54,103 nucleotides of DNA from a bacterium (GTDB taxonomy: Bacteria; UBA6262; WVXT01), in the NCBI GenBank assembly GCA_046759165.1, contig JBHIBS010000008.1:1-54103 (forward strand), in the 5' to 3' direction. Position numbers and translations under genes: made by a program. How positions within the stretch are numbered: the first letter of the stretch is position 1; each line of letters opens with the position of its first letter. The notes beneath the pieces are model-generated. The model did no database searches and was not told where the DNA came from. It worked only from the letters and a program-made list of their open reading frames with translations. This document shows, one piece after another, positions 41,882-50,470 of the stretch.

Positions 41882-42283
41882 CTAGCCTGTTTTTGTAATT
41901 CTTACCCAAACTTCCCTTCGTCTAGGACCATCAAATTCGGCAAAGAAGACTCCCTGCCATGTGCCCAAGGCGAGCCCTCCATTCTCTATAGGAATTGTCT
42001 CAGAAGAGCCTACCAAACTGGCCTTGATGTGGGCAGCAGCGTTCCCTTCCAGGTGAGTATAATCACCCTGCCAGGGAACCAGCTTATCCAGCTCCATCAG
42101 AATATCCTGCCTGACACTGGGATCTGCATTCTCATTAATGGTAATCCCTGCAGTAGTGTGGGGAACGAAAATATAGCAGACCCCATGCTCAATCTTGCTC
42201 TTATCCACTATATCCCTTACCAGAGGCGTTATATCCATTAACTCCGATTGTGAGCGAGTTTTGATGCTCAATCTATTCAACAT
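41882..42283 (-). CDS. yjbQ: YjbQ/UPF0047 family protein
   Basis: PHTTAG.TINENADP, HLEGN..AHIK, LGTWQG..F.EFDGPR. Confidence 0.92.
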   Translation of the reverse strand: MLNRLSIKTRSQSELMDITPLVRDIVDKSKIEHGVCYIFVPHTTAGITINENADPSVRQDILMELDKLVPWQGDYTHLEGNAAAHIKASLVGSSETIPIENGGLALGTWQGVFFAEFDGPRRREVWVRITKTG

Positions 42284-42659
42284 CCTGTTTCTCCTGAAAA
42301 TAGGTTGCAGAAGTGGTGTCGCTCTCCCACACAGTCACCTTGTTCACCTCGTAGTGAGAACTTTTCAACCGGGCTTTTAACTCTGTGTAAATAAATCTGG
42401 CGATGTTTTCAGAAGTCGGATTAGTCACTTTAAAATGCAAAATTTTATTTAGATATTTGTGGTCCAGTTTTTCCAGAATTCTTTCCAAGTAATCTTTCAC
42501 CTCTCTGAAATCTATCAGCATCCCGGCTCTATCCAACTCTCCACCCCTAATTCCAACCCTTACTTTCCAATTGTGACCGTGCAATTTCTCGCATTTCTTC
42601 TTGTAGCCACGTAAATTATGGGCTGCCGAAAAACTTCCCTCCACAATAACTTCGTACAT
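42273..42659 (-). CDS. queD: 6-carboxytetrahydropterin synthase
   Basis: FSAAH, CEKLHGHNW, LDHKYLN, PTSENIA, VWES. Confidence 0.92.
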   Translation of the reverse strand: MYEVIVEGSFSAAHNLRGYKKKCEKLHGHNWKVRVGIRGGELDRAGMLIDFREVKDYLERILEKLDHKYLNKILHFKVTNPTSENIARFIYTELKARLKSSHYEVNKVTVWESDTTSATYFQEKQDVE

Positions 42660-42662
42660 TCC

Positions 42663-43505
42663 TTACTCCATCACTTCCAGATCAACTCTCTCTGCCTTAT
42701 CCATACTCTTCCCCAAAAACTTCCTGCCAAGCTGAAGAAACTTCTCTGGGTCGTCGCTCACAAAAAATTTATATATTGCCTTACGATTTCCCTTCCTCAG
42801 TAAATTTTTCTCCCCAAGTCTACTCTCTACAGCCTTAGCCATAGCTTCAGCAGTATCTATTAGAGAAACTTCTTGCCCCATTATTCTCGAGAGGAGTACC
42901 TTCAAAAGCGGATAATGAGTGCATCCCAAAATGAGAGTATCTATACCTTTGTTCTTTAGAGAAGATAGATATTTTTTGGCAATTTGCGAAGTCTCAGGTT
43001 CATCAAGCCAACCTTCCTCAACAAGAGGAACAAATAGTGGGCAAGCTTGAGAAAATACTTTTACATTTCTATCCATCCTTTTTACGGCCTCCTCAAACGC
43101 TCTACTCTTTATTGTTCCCTCTGTCCCGATAATGCCTATCTTAAGATTTCTGGTAGTACTTATTGCAGCTTGAGCACCAGGTTCAATTACACCAATGACT
43201 GGAAGATCTATTTTTTCTCTCAATGAAGAAAGGGCAAAAGATGAAGCCGTATTACAGGCCACTACAATAATCTTTACTTTCTGTGCTTTCAGAAAATTTG
43301 CAATATCTAAAGAGAAGCGTGTGACTGCCTGTTTAGACTTGGAGCCATAGGGAAGATGTGCTGTATCTCCAAAGTAGATAATATCTTCTTGGGGAAGAAT
43401 CCTAAATAACTCGCTAACAACAGTCAATCCGCCAACCCCCGAGTCGAATACCCCTATGGGCCTTTCCATCATTTCAGCTCCTATGTTCACCACTTCTCGA
43501 CCCAT
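42663..43505 (-). CDS. murI: Glutamate racemase
   Basis: FDSGVGGLTV, PYGSK, ACNTAS, GCTHYP; true start may be ~43472. Confidence 0.95.
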   Translation of the reverse strand: MGREVVNIGAEMMERPIGVFDSGVGGLTVVSELFRILPQEDIIYFGDTAHLPYGSKSKQAVTRFSLDIANFLKAQKVKIIVVACNTASSFALSSLREKIDLPVIGVIEPGAQAAISTTRNLKIGIIGTEGTIKSRAFEEAVKRMDRNVKVFSQACPLFVPLVEEGWLDEPETSQIAKKYLSSLKNKGIDTLILGCTHYPLLKVLLSRIMGQEVSLIDTAEAMAKAVESRLGEKNLLRKGNRKAIYKFFVSDDPEKFLQLGRKFLGKSMDKAERVDLEVME

Positions 43506-44701
43506 TCCTTATAATTCCTTACCCCTGCACAAATGGATTCCACCAATTTCTTCTGAAATTTGCTACTCCTCAATTTTCGTGCCTCTGATCGATTTGAAAT
43601 AAATCCTACTTCCACAAGAATAGCCGGCATCTTAGCTCCTCTCAAAACTCTGAAACCGGCCTGTTTAACTCCTCTGTTATCCACAATTCTTAAGTGACTG
43701 TCGACTTCAGAAGAGACAAGCCCAGAGAGTTCACATGACTCATTCATAAATTCATTCATGGCCAATGACCACAGAATTGAAGATAATTCATTCCCCTTTT
43801 CTTTTTTCTCCTCCAGAGCCATTACTGCGTTCTCCATATTGGCTACTGCTTGTGCCTCCTCATCAGATGCCTCCTCAGACAGAAAATAGACTTCAAAACC
43901 TTGAGTACGTGACTTCAGGGAAGCATTGCAGTGAACGCTAATAAACAGGTCTGCCTTCTCGCGGTTAGCTATGGCGGTTCTCTCGGCAAGGGGCAGAAAG
44001 ATATCGTGATACCTGGTTAAGACAACTCTCGTCTTTAGATTCCTATGCAACTCCTTAGCCAGCTTACGGGCGATCTTCAACACCACGTCCTTCTCCTTGG
44101 TGCCCCAAGGACCGATTGCCCCGGGGTCTTTGCCACCATGTCCAGGGTCAATCACAATAGTCTTTATTCTTGGCCTTTTCGCTTCTGCCAGAGGAGGGAC
44201 AGGAACAGTTATTTCAGGTTCTGGAGGAGAGACCTTTCCCTCTTCTTTTTTTATAGGAGCGGCAGTTAGCTTCTCGACAGTCGACAAAGTTTTGCTCGGA
44301 TAGTCCCAAAACACCTGTCCACCAAGCACCTGACCAAATGCCTTAGTAATCACAACTTCCAGGGGAATCCATACTCTTCCTTCAATAATTTTGGTTTCCT
44401 TTTTCATCTTGCGTCTAATATTGTCGATAATTACCTCACGGCTATCAATAAAAAATTCCACCTTCCCCCTATTCAATTCCAGACTTGCTTTATTCTTAAC
44501 CGGGTCAAAATCAACTTTTCCATCAAATATCTCAGCCACATCATTGATTCTCAGATACCCCATTCCCGCAATCAAAAGTAAATCGATATCGCTATAAGTC
44601 CTCTCGGCAATAAGCACCTTAATCTTGACCAGCCGAATTTGGGCTGAGGCAAGAGAGAAACAGAAAACCAATATTAGCCCTGATAGAAATAATTTTTTCA
44701 A
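43487..44701 (-). CDS. N-acetylmuramoyl-L-alanine amidase (Amidase_3)
   Basis: IDPGHGGKDPGA, EKD, FISVHCNA, LVEVGFISN; signal peptide. Confidence 0.92.
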   Translation of the reverse strand: MKKLFLSGLILVFCFSLASAQIRLVKIKVLIAERTYSDIDLLLIAGMGYLRINDVAEIFDGKVDFDPVKNKASLELNRGKVEFFIDSREVIIDNIRRKMKKETKIIEGRVWIPLEVVITKAFGQVLGGQVFWDYPSKTLSTVEKLTAAPIKKEEGKVSPPEPEITVPVPPLAEAKRPRIKTIVIDPGHGGKDPGAIGPWGTKEKDVVLKIARKLAKELHRNLKTRVVLTRYHDIFLPLAERTAIANREKADLFISVHCNASLKSRTQGFEVYFLSEEASDEEAQAVANMENAVMALEEKKEKGNELSSILWSLAMNEFMNESCELSGLVSSEVDSHLRIVDNRGVKQAGFRVLRGAKMPAILVEVGFISNRSEARKLRSSKFQKKLVESICAGVRNYKEWVEKW

Positions 44702-44711
44702 CTACGCACCA

Positions 44712-45000
44712 CTACTTTTCCCTATAATCACACGCCACATCGCCAACCAATCCTTTACCCGCGAGGAGAATTACGGGAATATCTTTAATTTCCTCATTCT
44801 CTTTAATCATCTTCCAGGGAGTAAACCCATCAAGTTTGGCTATCATTACCTCCATAATAATGTGCTTGGGCTTCTCTTTGCCTGCCTTGCTAATGCCTTC
44901 CAATCCCGAAACGACCGTCAATACCTTGTGATTGCGAGCTTGCACTATTGCTGCCGTTGTATCCAGAGCATCAGGGTCATCGTCGATTATAAGTATTTTA
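44712..45000 (-). pseudogene. Degenerate response-regulator receiver domain
   Basis: KILIIDDD...IIMEV (phosphoacceptor Asp replaced by Glu)...IPVILLAG; truncated, no credible start. Confidence 0.55.
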
Positions 45001-45047
45001 GATTTCCTGCTTGTATCTCTTCCTATGGTTTGGTGGAGGCGGCGGGA

Positions 45048-45676
45048 CATATACCCCACTTATTTCTAAGTGGTATGGACTATCTCTTCATCCCCAACAG
45101 GGAGCCTGACGTGTTATAAGAGGCACAAATTTATCGCTGGTTCAATTTCCTTATTTGAGCAACAAGTTCCAATTTTCTTCTTAGCATCTCAGGAGTATAC
45201 TTTCCATTTCTCGGAGTATACACCTTATATTTCCTTGTGATTAACCAAGATTGTTGCTTCTTGACAATAAGGTAATCTTTAATTTCATTGAGAAAGCAAA
45301 TTGCTTTATTATCCCTAATTGACCACGTATAAGACTGAGCATGATGGGCTTTATTCTTACTTTTCGTGGTAATCTTCCCTGCACCAACAACGTTTTTGAC
45401 CCAATCTAAAAGCTGTAAATTATTGTTGGCAATGGATACCTCTGGGGATGGAGTTTCATTCCTATGTTTCCGACTAAGAGTTACGCTACCTTCTCCATCA
45501 ACCAGCCCGGCTATGTATGCTTTCTCAATTTCGCCCAACGATATCACCTCCTATCATTGCAGTCTCTGCAGGGCTTTCGCCCCTCAGGGTTACCCTTTCC
45601 TATATTATCAGGATTAGGGCTTCCCTGATGTAAGCCAGGTTTTGCATCCCGAATTGCTTCGGGAGTCGACCTTTTG
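45048..45676 (-). mobile_element. Group I intron in the tmRNA T-loop
   Basis: P1 with U.G at the splice site, P2 GCAA hairpin, P3 CCUGGC/GUCAGG, P4 CAGGG/CCCUG, GCAGAGACU, GAAGAGAUAGUC, P9 GAAA hairpin, terminal G. Confidence 0.92.
45131..45538 (-). CDS. Single-motif LAGLIDADG homing endonuclease (intron-encoded)
   Basis: YIAGLVDGEGS motif and YL.VKK; AGGAGG RBS favours TTG at 45538 (track start 45547). Confidence 0.9.
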   Translation of the reverse strand: MGEIEKAYIAGLVDGEGSVTLSRKHRNETPSPEVSIANNNLQLLDWVKNVVGAGKITTKSKNKAHHAQSYTWSIRDNKAICFLNEIKDYLIVKKQQSWLITRKYKVYTPRNGKYTPEMLRRKLELVAQIRKLNQR

Positions 45677-46009
45677 ATCGAACCCGCGTCCAGGAATATT
45701 TCAGCAAGACATCTACAGGTTTAGTCTCTGTTTGGAATCTCCTCCGCCTTATTACCCATAGACAGGATTCGAGGCGGAGCAGCCTTTAAATATCATCCTG
45801 ACTCCCAAGGCAAAAGTCAAGACTATCCCATCTCTCTGACACTCATCCCCATCCAATGGGCAAAATGGGGTGAGCGTGTCCGCTTACGCGGCTAATGCTA
45901 ACTCAGCGTCAGCACTTATTTTCTGTTGTCGATTGATTAACGAGCCTTCGACAAACCTCGACCTGCAGTCTCTGCCTCTTCTATCCCTGTCGAAACCTGA
46001 TCGCCCCCT

Positions 46010-46462
46010 TTATTTGTATCTGTCTTTCATCAACCTCCTTATTTCTCTCTCGGCTTCGCGCCTCTTTAACACTTCTCTCTTGTCGTATGTCTTTTTCCCC
46101 CTGGCAAGGCCAAGAGAAACCTTTGCATTTCCATCTTTAAAATACATCTCTAAAGGGACCAAAGTTAAGCCCCTCTGTTGAACTTTGCCTATCAATCTTT
46201 TTATCTCATGCCTATGTAAAAGTAACTTCCTTTTTCGCTCCGGGTCGTAATCCTTTGTCGAGGACTTTTCATATGGGCTTATATGTACATTATAAAGGAA
46301 TGCCTCTTCTCCTTCTATGCAACCAAACCCATCCTTCAAAGCCACTCTTCCCTCTCGTAAAGACTTCACTTCCGAACCGACCAAAACAATTCCCGACTCA
46401 TAGGTCTCTAAAATTTCATAATCATGTAAAGCCCTTCTGTTTTTACTTATGATTTTTTTCAT
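46010..46462 (-). CDS. smpB: SsrA-binding protein SmpB
   Basis: NRRA..DY, GSEVKSLR, RKLLLH, ARGKK.YDKR. Confidence 0.97.
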   Translation of the reverse strand: MKKIISKNRRALHDYEILETYESGIVLVGSEVKSLREGRVALKDGFGCIEGEEAFLYNVHISPYEKSSTKDYDPERKRKLLLHRHEIKRLIGKVQQRGLTLVPLEMYFKDGNAKVSLGLARGKKTYDKREVLKRREAEREIRRLMKDRYK

Positions 46463-46468
46463 TTTGAA

Positions 46469-46497
46469 ATTATAGCAAAATAAATTCCCTTTTGCAA
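46469..46497 (-). promoter_or_regulatory. sigma70-type promoter giving a leaderless smpB(-ssrA) transcript
   Basis: TTGCAA-N17-TATAAT, -10 ends 6 nt before the ATG; no SD. Confidence 0.6.
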
Positions 46498-46502
46498 ATA
46501 AA

Positions 46503-46608
46503 AAGCCCGAATTTAGTTCATAGTCGATAGTTCATAATTTGTGGAAAAAGAAATTTTTACAAAAAGCCTATGAACCAGGAACTAATAACTACGAACCAAT
46601 TTGGGCTT
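46503..46608. repeat. Large inverted repeat built from 7-bp units
   Basis: AAGCCCGAATT/AATTTGGGCTT ends; TAGTTCA-like units on left, TATGAAC-like units on right. Confidence 0.55.
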
Positions 46609-46649
46609 GACTTTTTCTCCAGGCTAGACTAAAATTATTACAAAGTTAT

Positions 46650-46733
46650 GCCGAAGTGGTGAAATTGGCAAACACGCACGGTCCAGGGCCGTGTGGGCGA
46701 GAGCCCTTGGGGGTTCAAATCCCCCCTTCGGCA
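46650..46733 (+). tRNA. tRNA-Leu(CAG) with atypical C33
   Basis: GCCGAAG...CACGG-TCCAGGG-CCGTG, variable arm, GGTTCAAATCC, CTTCGGCA; promoter TTGACT-N17-TAAAAT at 46607-46635. Confidence 0.9.
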
Positions 46734-46984
46734 AGTAAATTTAAGGAAGCCCTTGATTTTCTTATCTTTTCTTGTAATCCACTAGTTTTGGCCAAACCAA
46801 CTTTCGGCAATAACAGGCTGTCGTCGACTTGCCCAAAAGCATAAAAGCCCACTATTCCTTCCTCTTTGCCAGGCAGAATCGTTATACCCGTTATGAACTG
46901 CCTCACGTAAACTTTCTTCTCCTGTAGAGCGCCTTTCGCTAACACTTCATCGGCATTCCTCAGATACTCCAAAATCCCCAGCAT
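46715..46984 (-). pseudogene. C-terminal fragment of a probable large serine recombinase reading into the tRNA 3' end
   Basis: KK.YVRQFI..I.I pattern; ORF ends LAEGGI* inside the tRNA. Confidence 0.5.
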
Positions 46985-47098
46985 AAGCCATTACCGAAAA
47001 ATCTTCTACTAAAGTGGCGGAGACAATCTTTATCAGGATAAAAGAAAGAAGTATATATTCCAATAATTTCAGCGGCACTCTTTCCATTCTTTGTTCTA

Positions 47099-48250
47099 TT
47101 ATAATTCCTCCCAGGAGATAATACTTACTGTACTACTTCCGCTACCAGGCAGGACATACCCGGTTAAGTCAACCCGGCGAGTAACGGTTGCGCTGCCCAG
47201 GACAACAACCGTCTGACCAACCACAACCCCGTTTACATCGGGATTGCCCTCGATAGTGGCCGTGCCCTCAGGAGCATATATTACTGTTCCCTGAGTTAAG
47301 ATCTTGCCCTGAAGGGTGACATTGCCATGAACAGATATAACCAATGGTATTTCGCTGCCGGCATCGCCGGCATCCCCCTGCATTGTGATATCACCCTGGG
47401 CAACAAGAGTTTCTGAACCAGTAATTGAATGGGTCTCGGGAGTTTCCTCAAGAGTCACCGAGCCCGTCACAAAAACCGTGCCAGTCAATGTAACTTGACG
47501 ATTGCCTCGGATAACCAGATTCCCATCAATATATAAAGGACCTAAATCTTCATCACTGGTAACTACATAATCACCGCTATATGTCCCTCCCGCTTGCGCT
47601 TCACTTATATAACTAGCCGTGTCAATTTCAGGAAAATCTATTGGGTCAACTCCCTCGTTCTGTTCTCCAGTAATAGTTGAATTCTCTTGGGTTGTAATTG
47701 TCCCTGTTGCCGATGCATCGCCATCGATAGTAGCGTTGTCTTCTAACAGAATATTGCCTCCACTATACACATTCCCCTCGCCTTCAGGGTTGTCCGAATT
47801 TACAATGGCATTGTCCTGTAGCGTTATATCTCCCTGTGAGGCAATGGCATAACCGAATACCGATGCTATCTGTCGACTGAGGCTTACCACTGACCGTACC
47901 ACCCGCTTTGCCCGGAAACTGGCAGCATCGGGCACATAGCCTATAGAAGTTATTTCATAATGGTTGGCAGGTTGCCCCTGAGTGGAAACGCTAACATGAA
48001 ATTCACCGCGGGTGCCGATGAAATCGGCTGTTGGTCCCCGATAGCTTGAGTCTTTCTGCAATTCGCTAATCGCATACTCTACCCCACCATCAGCAATGTA
48101 CAGTGCTGCATCTGATAGCCTCTCCTTGACTAAAAACTTCGTCTCATATCTACCCAAAGACACCATCGCTACCGCCAGAACAGACAGAACACCCAATAGG
48201 GCAACTACCAGAATGAGCGCTACCCCTTTTTCATCTCTTATTGCTAACAT
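47099..48250 (-). CDS. PilX-like minor pilin with beta-helix-like body
   Basis: EKG|VALILV prepilin-like site, A.Y.A.GG.E.A motif, Gly/Thr/Asn repeats; ATG 48250 after AGGAGG. Confidence 0.75.
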   Translation of the reverse strand: MLAIRDEKGVALILVVALLGVLSVLAVAMVSLGRYETKFLVKERLSDAALYIADGGVEYAISELQKDSSYRGPTADFIGTRGEFHVSVSTQGQPANHYEITSIGYVPDAASFRAKRVVRSVVSLSRQIASVFGYAIASQGDITLQDNAIVNSDNPEGEGNVYSGGNILLEDNATIDGDASATGTITTQENSTITGEQNEGVDPIDFPEIDTASYISEAQAGGTYSGDYVVTSDEDLGPLYIDGNLVIRGNRQVTLTGTVFVTGSVTLEETPETHSITGSETLVAQGDITMQGDAGDAGSEIPLVISVHGNVTLQGKILTQGTVIYAPEGTATIEGNPDVNGVVVGQTVVVLGSATVTRRVDLTGYVLPGSGSSTVSIISWEEL

Positions 48251-48265
48251 TTCTCCCACCTCCTA

Positions 48266-48364
48266 CTATCTTTCCCCGATTAATGAACCAATCTCTACGC
48301 TCCTGCTTTCGCCTTCCTCAGTCCAGATGACTTCAATATCCTGGCGGTGAGAATCTTTGATTGC
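48266..48364 (-). pseudogene. C-terminal remnant of a PilV-like minor pilin
   Basis: Start-less frame ...DIEVIWTEEGESRSVEIGSLIGER* immediately before the PilX-like RBS. Confidence 0.45.
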
Positions 48365-48365
48365 C

Positions 48366-49586
48366 TTAAAACCAACTGCTAAGAGAAATTAAAATAATAC
48401 TGTTAGAATAATCATAAAGGGCATCATTCGATTGGTTATTTTCATAAGAATATCCTATTTTTATTTCCAAATTTTCAATAGGAAAATCTCTTAGAATTTC
48501 TTTGGAGATCTCCTTCACCCAGCTTGCCGAGATAAAAATCTGTTTGTCTTTACGCTTCTCCTCAGGTGAAAGAAACTCATCATTCTTATCTTTTGCTAAT
48601 CTTCCTCTGTAATCTTTATTTTGATAATGTCCGCTAATCCCTAAATAAGAATCTCCATCTAAAATTATTCTTATTTTCAAACCAAACCTGTTATTCCGGT
48701 AACTATAGTAATTCCTTACTAAACGCTCATCATTAGGAGTTGTATTTTCTTCTTCCCATTGTTTAGGTCCCCAGTCAAAATAATTGCCATTAGAATCCAA
48801 CTCTCTATATTGATATCCCAGTTCCATTTTAACCCTATCAGTAATATCTTGAGATAATCTTGTCTCAAAAAATACAATTTCATCTTTTCTCATCTCATCA
48901 GTTAGTGTCCGTGAGCCTCCGGTAATGGTGTAGTCAACTTTACCATCAATCCCATAAAGACTTCTTTCCGAATAATCTTTTATTTGTGATGAACCGCTGA
49001 ATTCTAAATATGTATATAGAGAAAGTTCCTGGCCTAACTTTACTAAAAAGCCGCTCTCTTCATAATCTAAATCATAATCGGGATAAGCATTCTTTTCGTA
49101 GATGTAACCCGTTGTAAGAGTGGTGTGATCAAAGACATACCATTTAAGGTTTGGCCGTCCAAGAAACATCTGAGAATTATAGGTGCTGGCATTAACTAAT
49201 TGAGAAAATTTCATTCTACCATTTAAATCTAAGGTAAAAAATTCACCCAGTCTCTGTTTTAAGAGTCCATCGAACTGGTGAGAATTTTGATTCTCTAAAT
49301 CATATTCGCTGAAGTTTTTTAATCTAAATCTGTATCGGAGTCGGGAAAAAGTATAACGGGAAAATTTTGACCTTAGACCTAAGGCTAAGTTTAGACCATA
49401 ACCTATATCCATATAGCCAGTGCTATCTTTATAAACATTATCATCATAGACTGCTCCTCCGCTGAGATCAGCCCAAAATTTATGAGTCATTTTAGCCAGA
49501 GATAATGATGGCAGACCAAAAATTAAAAGTAACAGCACTACTCCGTACATCTTAATTCGATTCAAATTCTTGGATAAAATGGGCAC
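48366..49586 (-). CDS. Outer-membrane beta-barrel protein
   Basis: Signal peptide, YDDN N-terminal motif, Tyr-rich strands, C-terminal ...SLSSWF. Confidence 0.75.
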   Translation of the reverse strand: MPILSKNLNRIKMYGVVLLLLIFGLPSLSLAKMTHKFWADLSGGAVYDDNVYKDSTGYMDIGYGLNLALGLRSKFSRYTFSRLRYRFRLKNFSEYDLENQNSHQFDGLLKQRLGEFFTLDLNGRMKFSQLVNASTYNSQMFLGRPNLKWYVFDHTTLTTGYIYEKNAYPDYDLDYEESGFLVKLGQELSLYTYLEFSGSSQIKDYSERSLYGIDGKVDYTITGGSRTLTDEMRKDEIVFFETRLSQDITDRVKMELGYQYRELDSNGNYFDWGPKQWEEENTTPNDERLVRNYYSYRNNRFGLKIRIILDGDSYLGISGHYQNKDYRGRLAKDKNDEFLSPEEKRKDKQIFISASWVKEISKEILRDFPIENLEIKIGYSYENNQSNDALYDYSNSIILISLSSWF

Positions 49587-49705
49587 CTTTCCCTCCTTGA
49601 CTCATTCAATGATTGTAAAAAAAATGCTCTATCCATCAGAGCATTCATTAAATAAATTTTCCTCTTTCATTAAAATAAAAGAGAATTAATTTCAAAATTT
49701 ATCCT

Positions 49706-50470
49706 TTATCTGCCTTTCCCACCAGGCCTTCCAGTGGATCCACCACCAGTTCTTCCCCGTCCCCCTGGCCCAATCTCTATCTCTGGTTTCTGCTTTTTCT
49801 CGGGAGGCCTGATTTTACCAGGTATTTCTATCTTCTTAGATGGTGAAGGTTTCTCTATTTCCTTGGGTGTCTTTATGACTGCTGGTTTTCCAGGAATTAT
49901 GCTGGGTTTACCTGCTGGAACCTCGCCACGTTGAATCTTTTCTAACCTATCTAAAGAAACATTTCTTCCTGTCTTGGAAACCTCAATGGCACGTTGAATG
50001 GCTGCCTGGGCTTTTGCGGGGACTTTATTTAACAAATCAGTCAAAACCTCTGTATGTTTCTGTGTAGAGGATTCTACTACTTCTATGGCTCTGGTTACAT
50101 CTCTACCTCCATCCAATCCCTGTTTGATGTAAAGCTCGGCTTCTGTTCGGTGCTTTTCTATGTCTTTCATCAATTTTTTAATATATTTACTTTTCCCTTT
50201 AGTGGCAACAATAACCCCGGCTTCAGCCAACCGCTTATCAGCCATTTCTGTAAGCAGTATCGCCTTCTCCATGGCATCACTAATAGCATCCACTTTCCTA
50301 ACTTCCATCTTTCTCGCTCGTCTGTAACCACGACTACCCGGTGTAACAGCCGGCTCTGGCAGTTCATACAACTCGGCGAAAGCTGATAAAGTTACAAACA
50401 GCCAGACAATTACAATCGTTGAAATTTTGACCATTCTCATCTTCTTCCCTTCTCTTCTCTCTCTTCCCAA
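49706..50470 (-). CDS. Secreted DUF5667-like helical protein with Pro/Lys/Gly-rich tail
   Basis: KA..L..MADKRLAEA and A.AAIQRAIE motifs; true start probably ~50440. Confidence 0.65.
   Translation of the reverse strand: MGRERREGKKMRMVKISTIVIVWLFVTLSAFAELYELPEPAVTPGSRGYRRARKMEVRKVDAISDAMEKAILLTEMADKRLAEAGVIVATKGKSKYIKKLMKDIEKHRTEAELYIKQGLDGGRDVTRAIEVVESSTQKHTEVLTDLLNKVPAKAQAAIQRAIEVSKTGRNVSLDRLEKIQRGEVPAGKPSIIPGKPAVIKTPKEIEKPSPSKKIEIPGKIRPPEKKQKPEIEIGPGGRGRTGGGSTGRPGGKGR

Larger units (their letters stand above)
45031..46008 (-). ncRNA. ssrA: tmRNA, split by a group I intron (exon 1 46008-45677, exon 2 45047-45031)
   Basis: 5' GGGGGCGATCAGGTTTCGAC; tag frame ADAELALAA* (45913-45884); spliced T-arm/acceptor GCGGG-TTCGAT^T-CCCGC-CGCCTCC-ACCA; adjacent to smpB. 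Confidence 0.95.

Noticed and set aside
45031-45047. Isolated tRNA-like 3' fragment as a prophage att duplication
   Set aside because: Exon 1 lacks this sequence, so it is not a duplication; the intervening DNA is a group I intron
45870-46181. 103-aa plus ORF; also 10265-10519 and 46656-46844
   Set aside because: Overlap tmRNA/smpB or tRNA genes; spurious
47011-47023. GTGGCGGAGAC as a second tRNA-derived att site
   Set aside because: Too short and does not match any tRNA in the window
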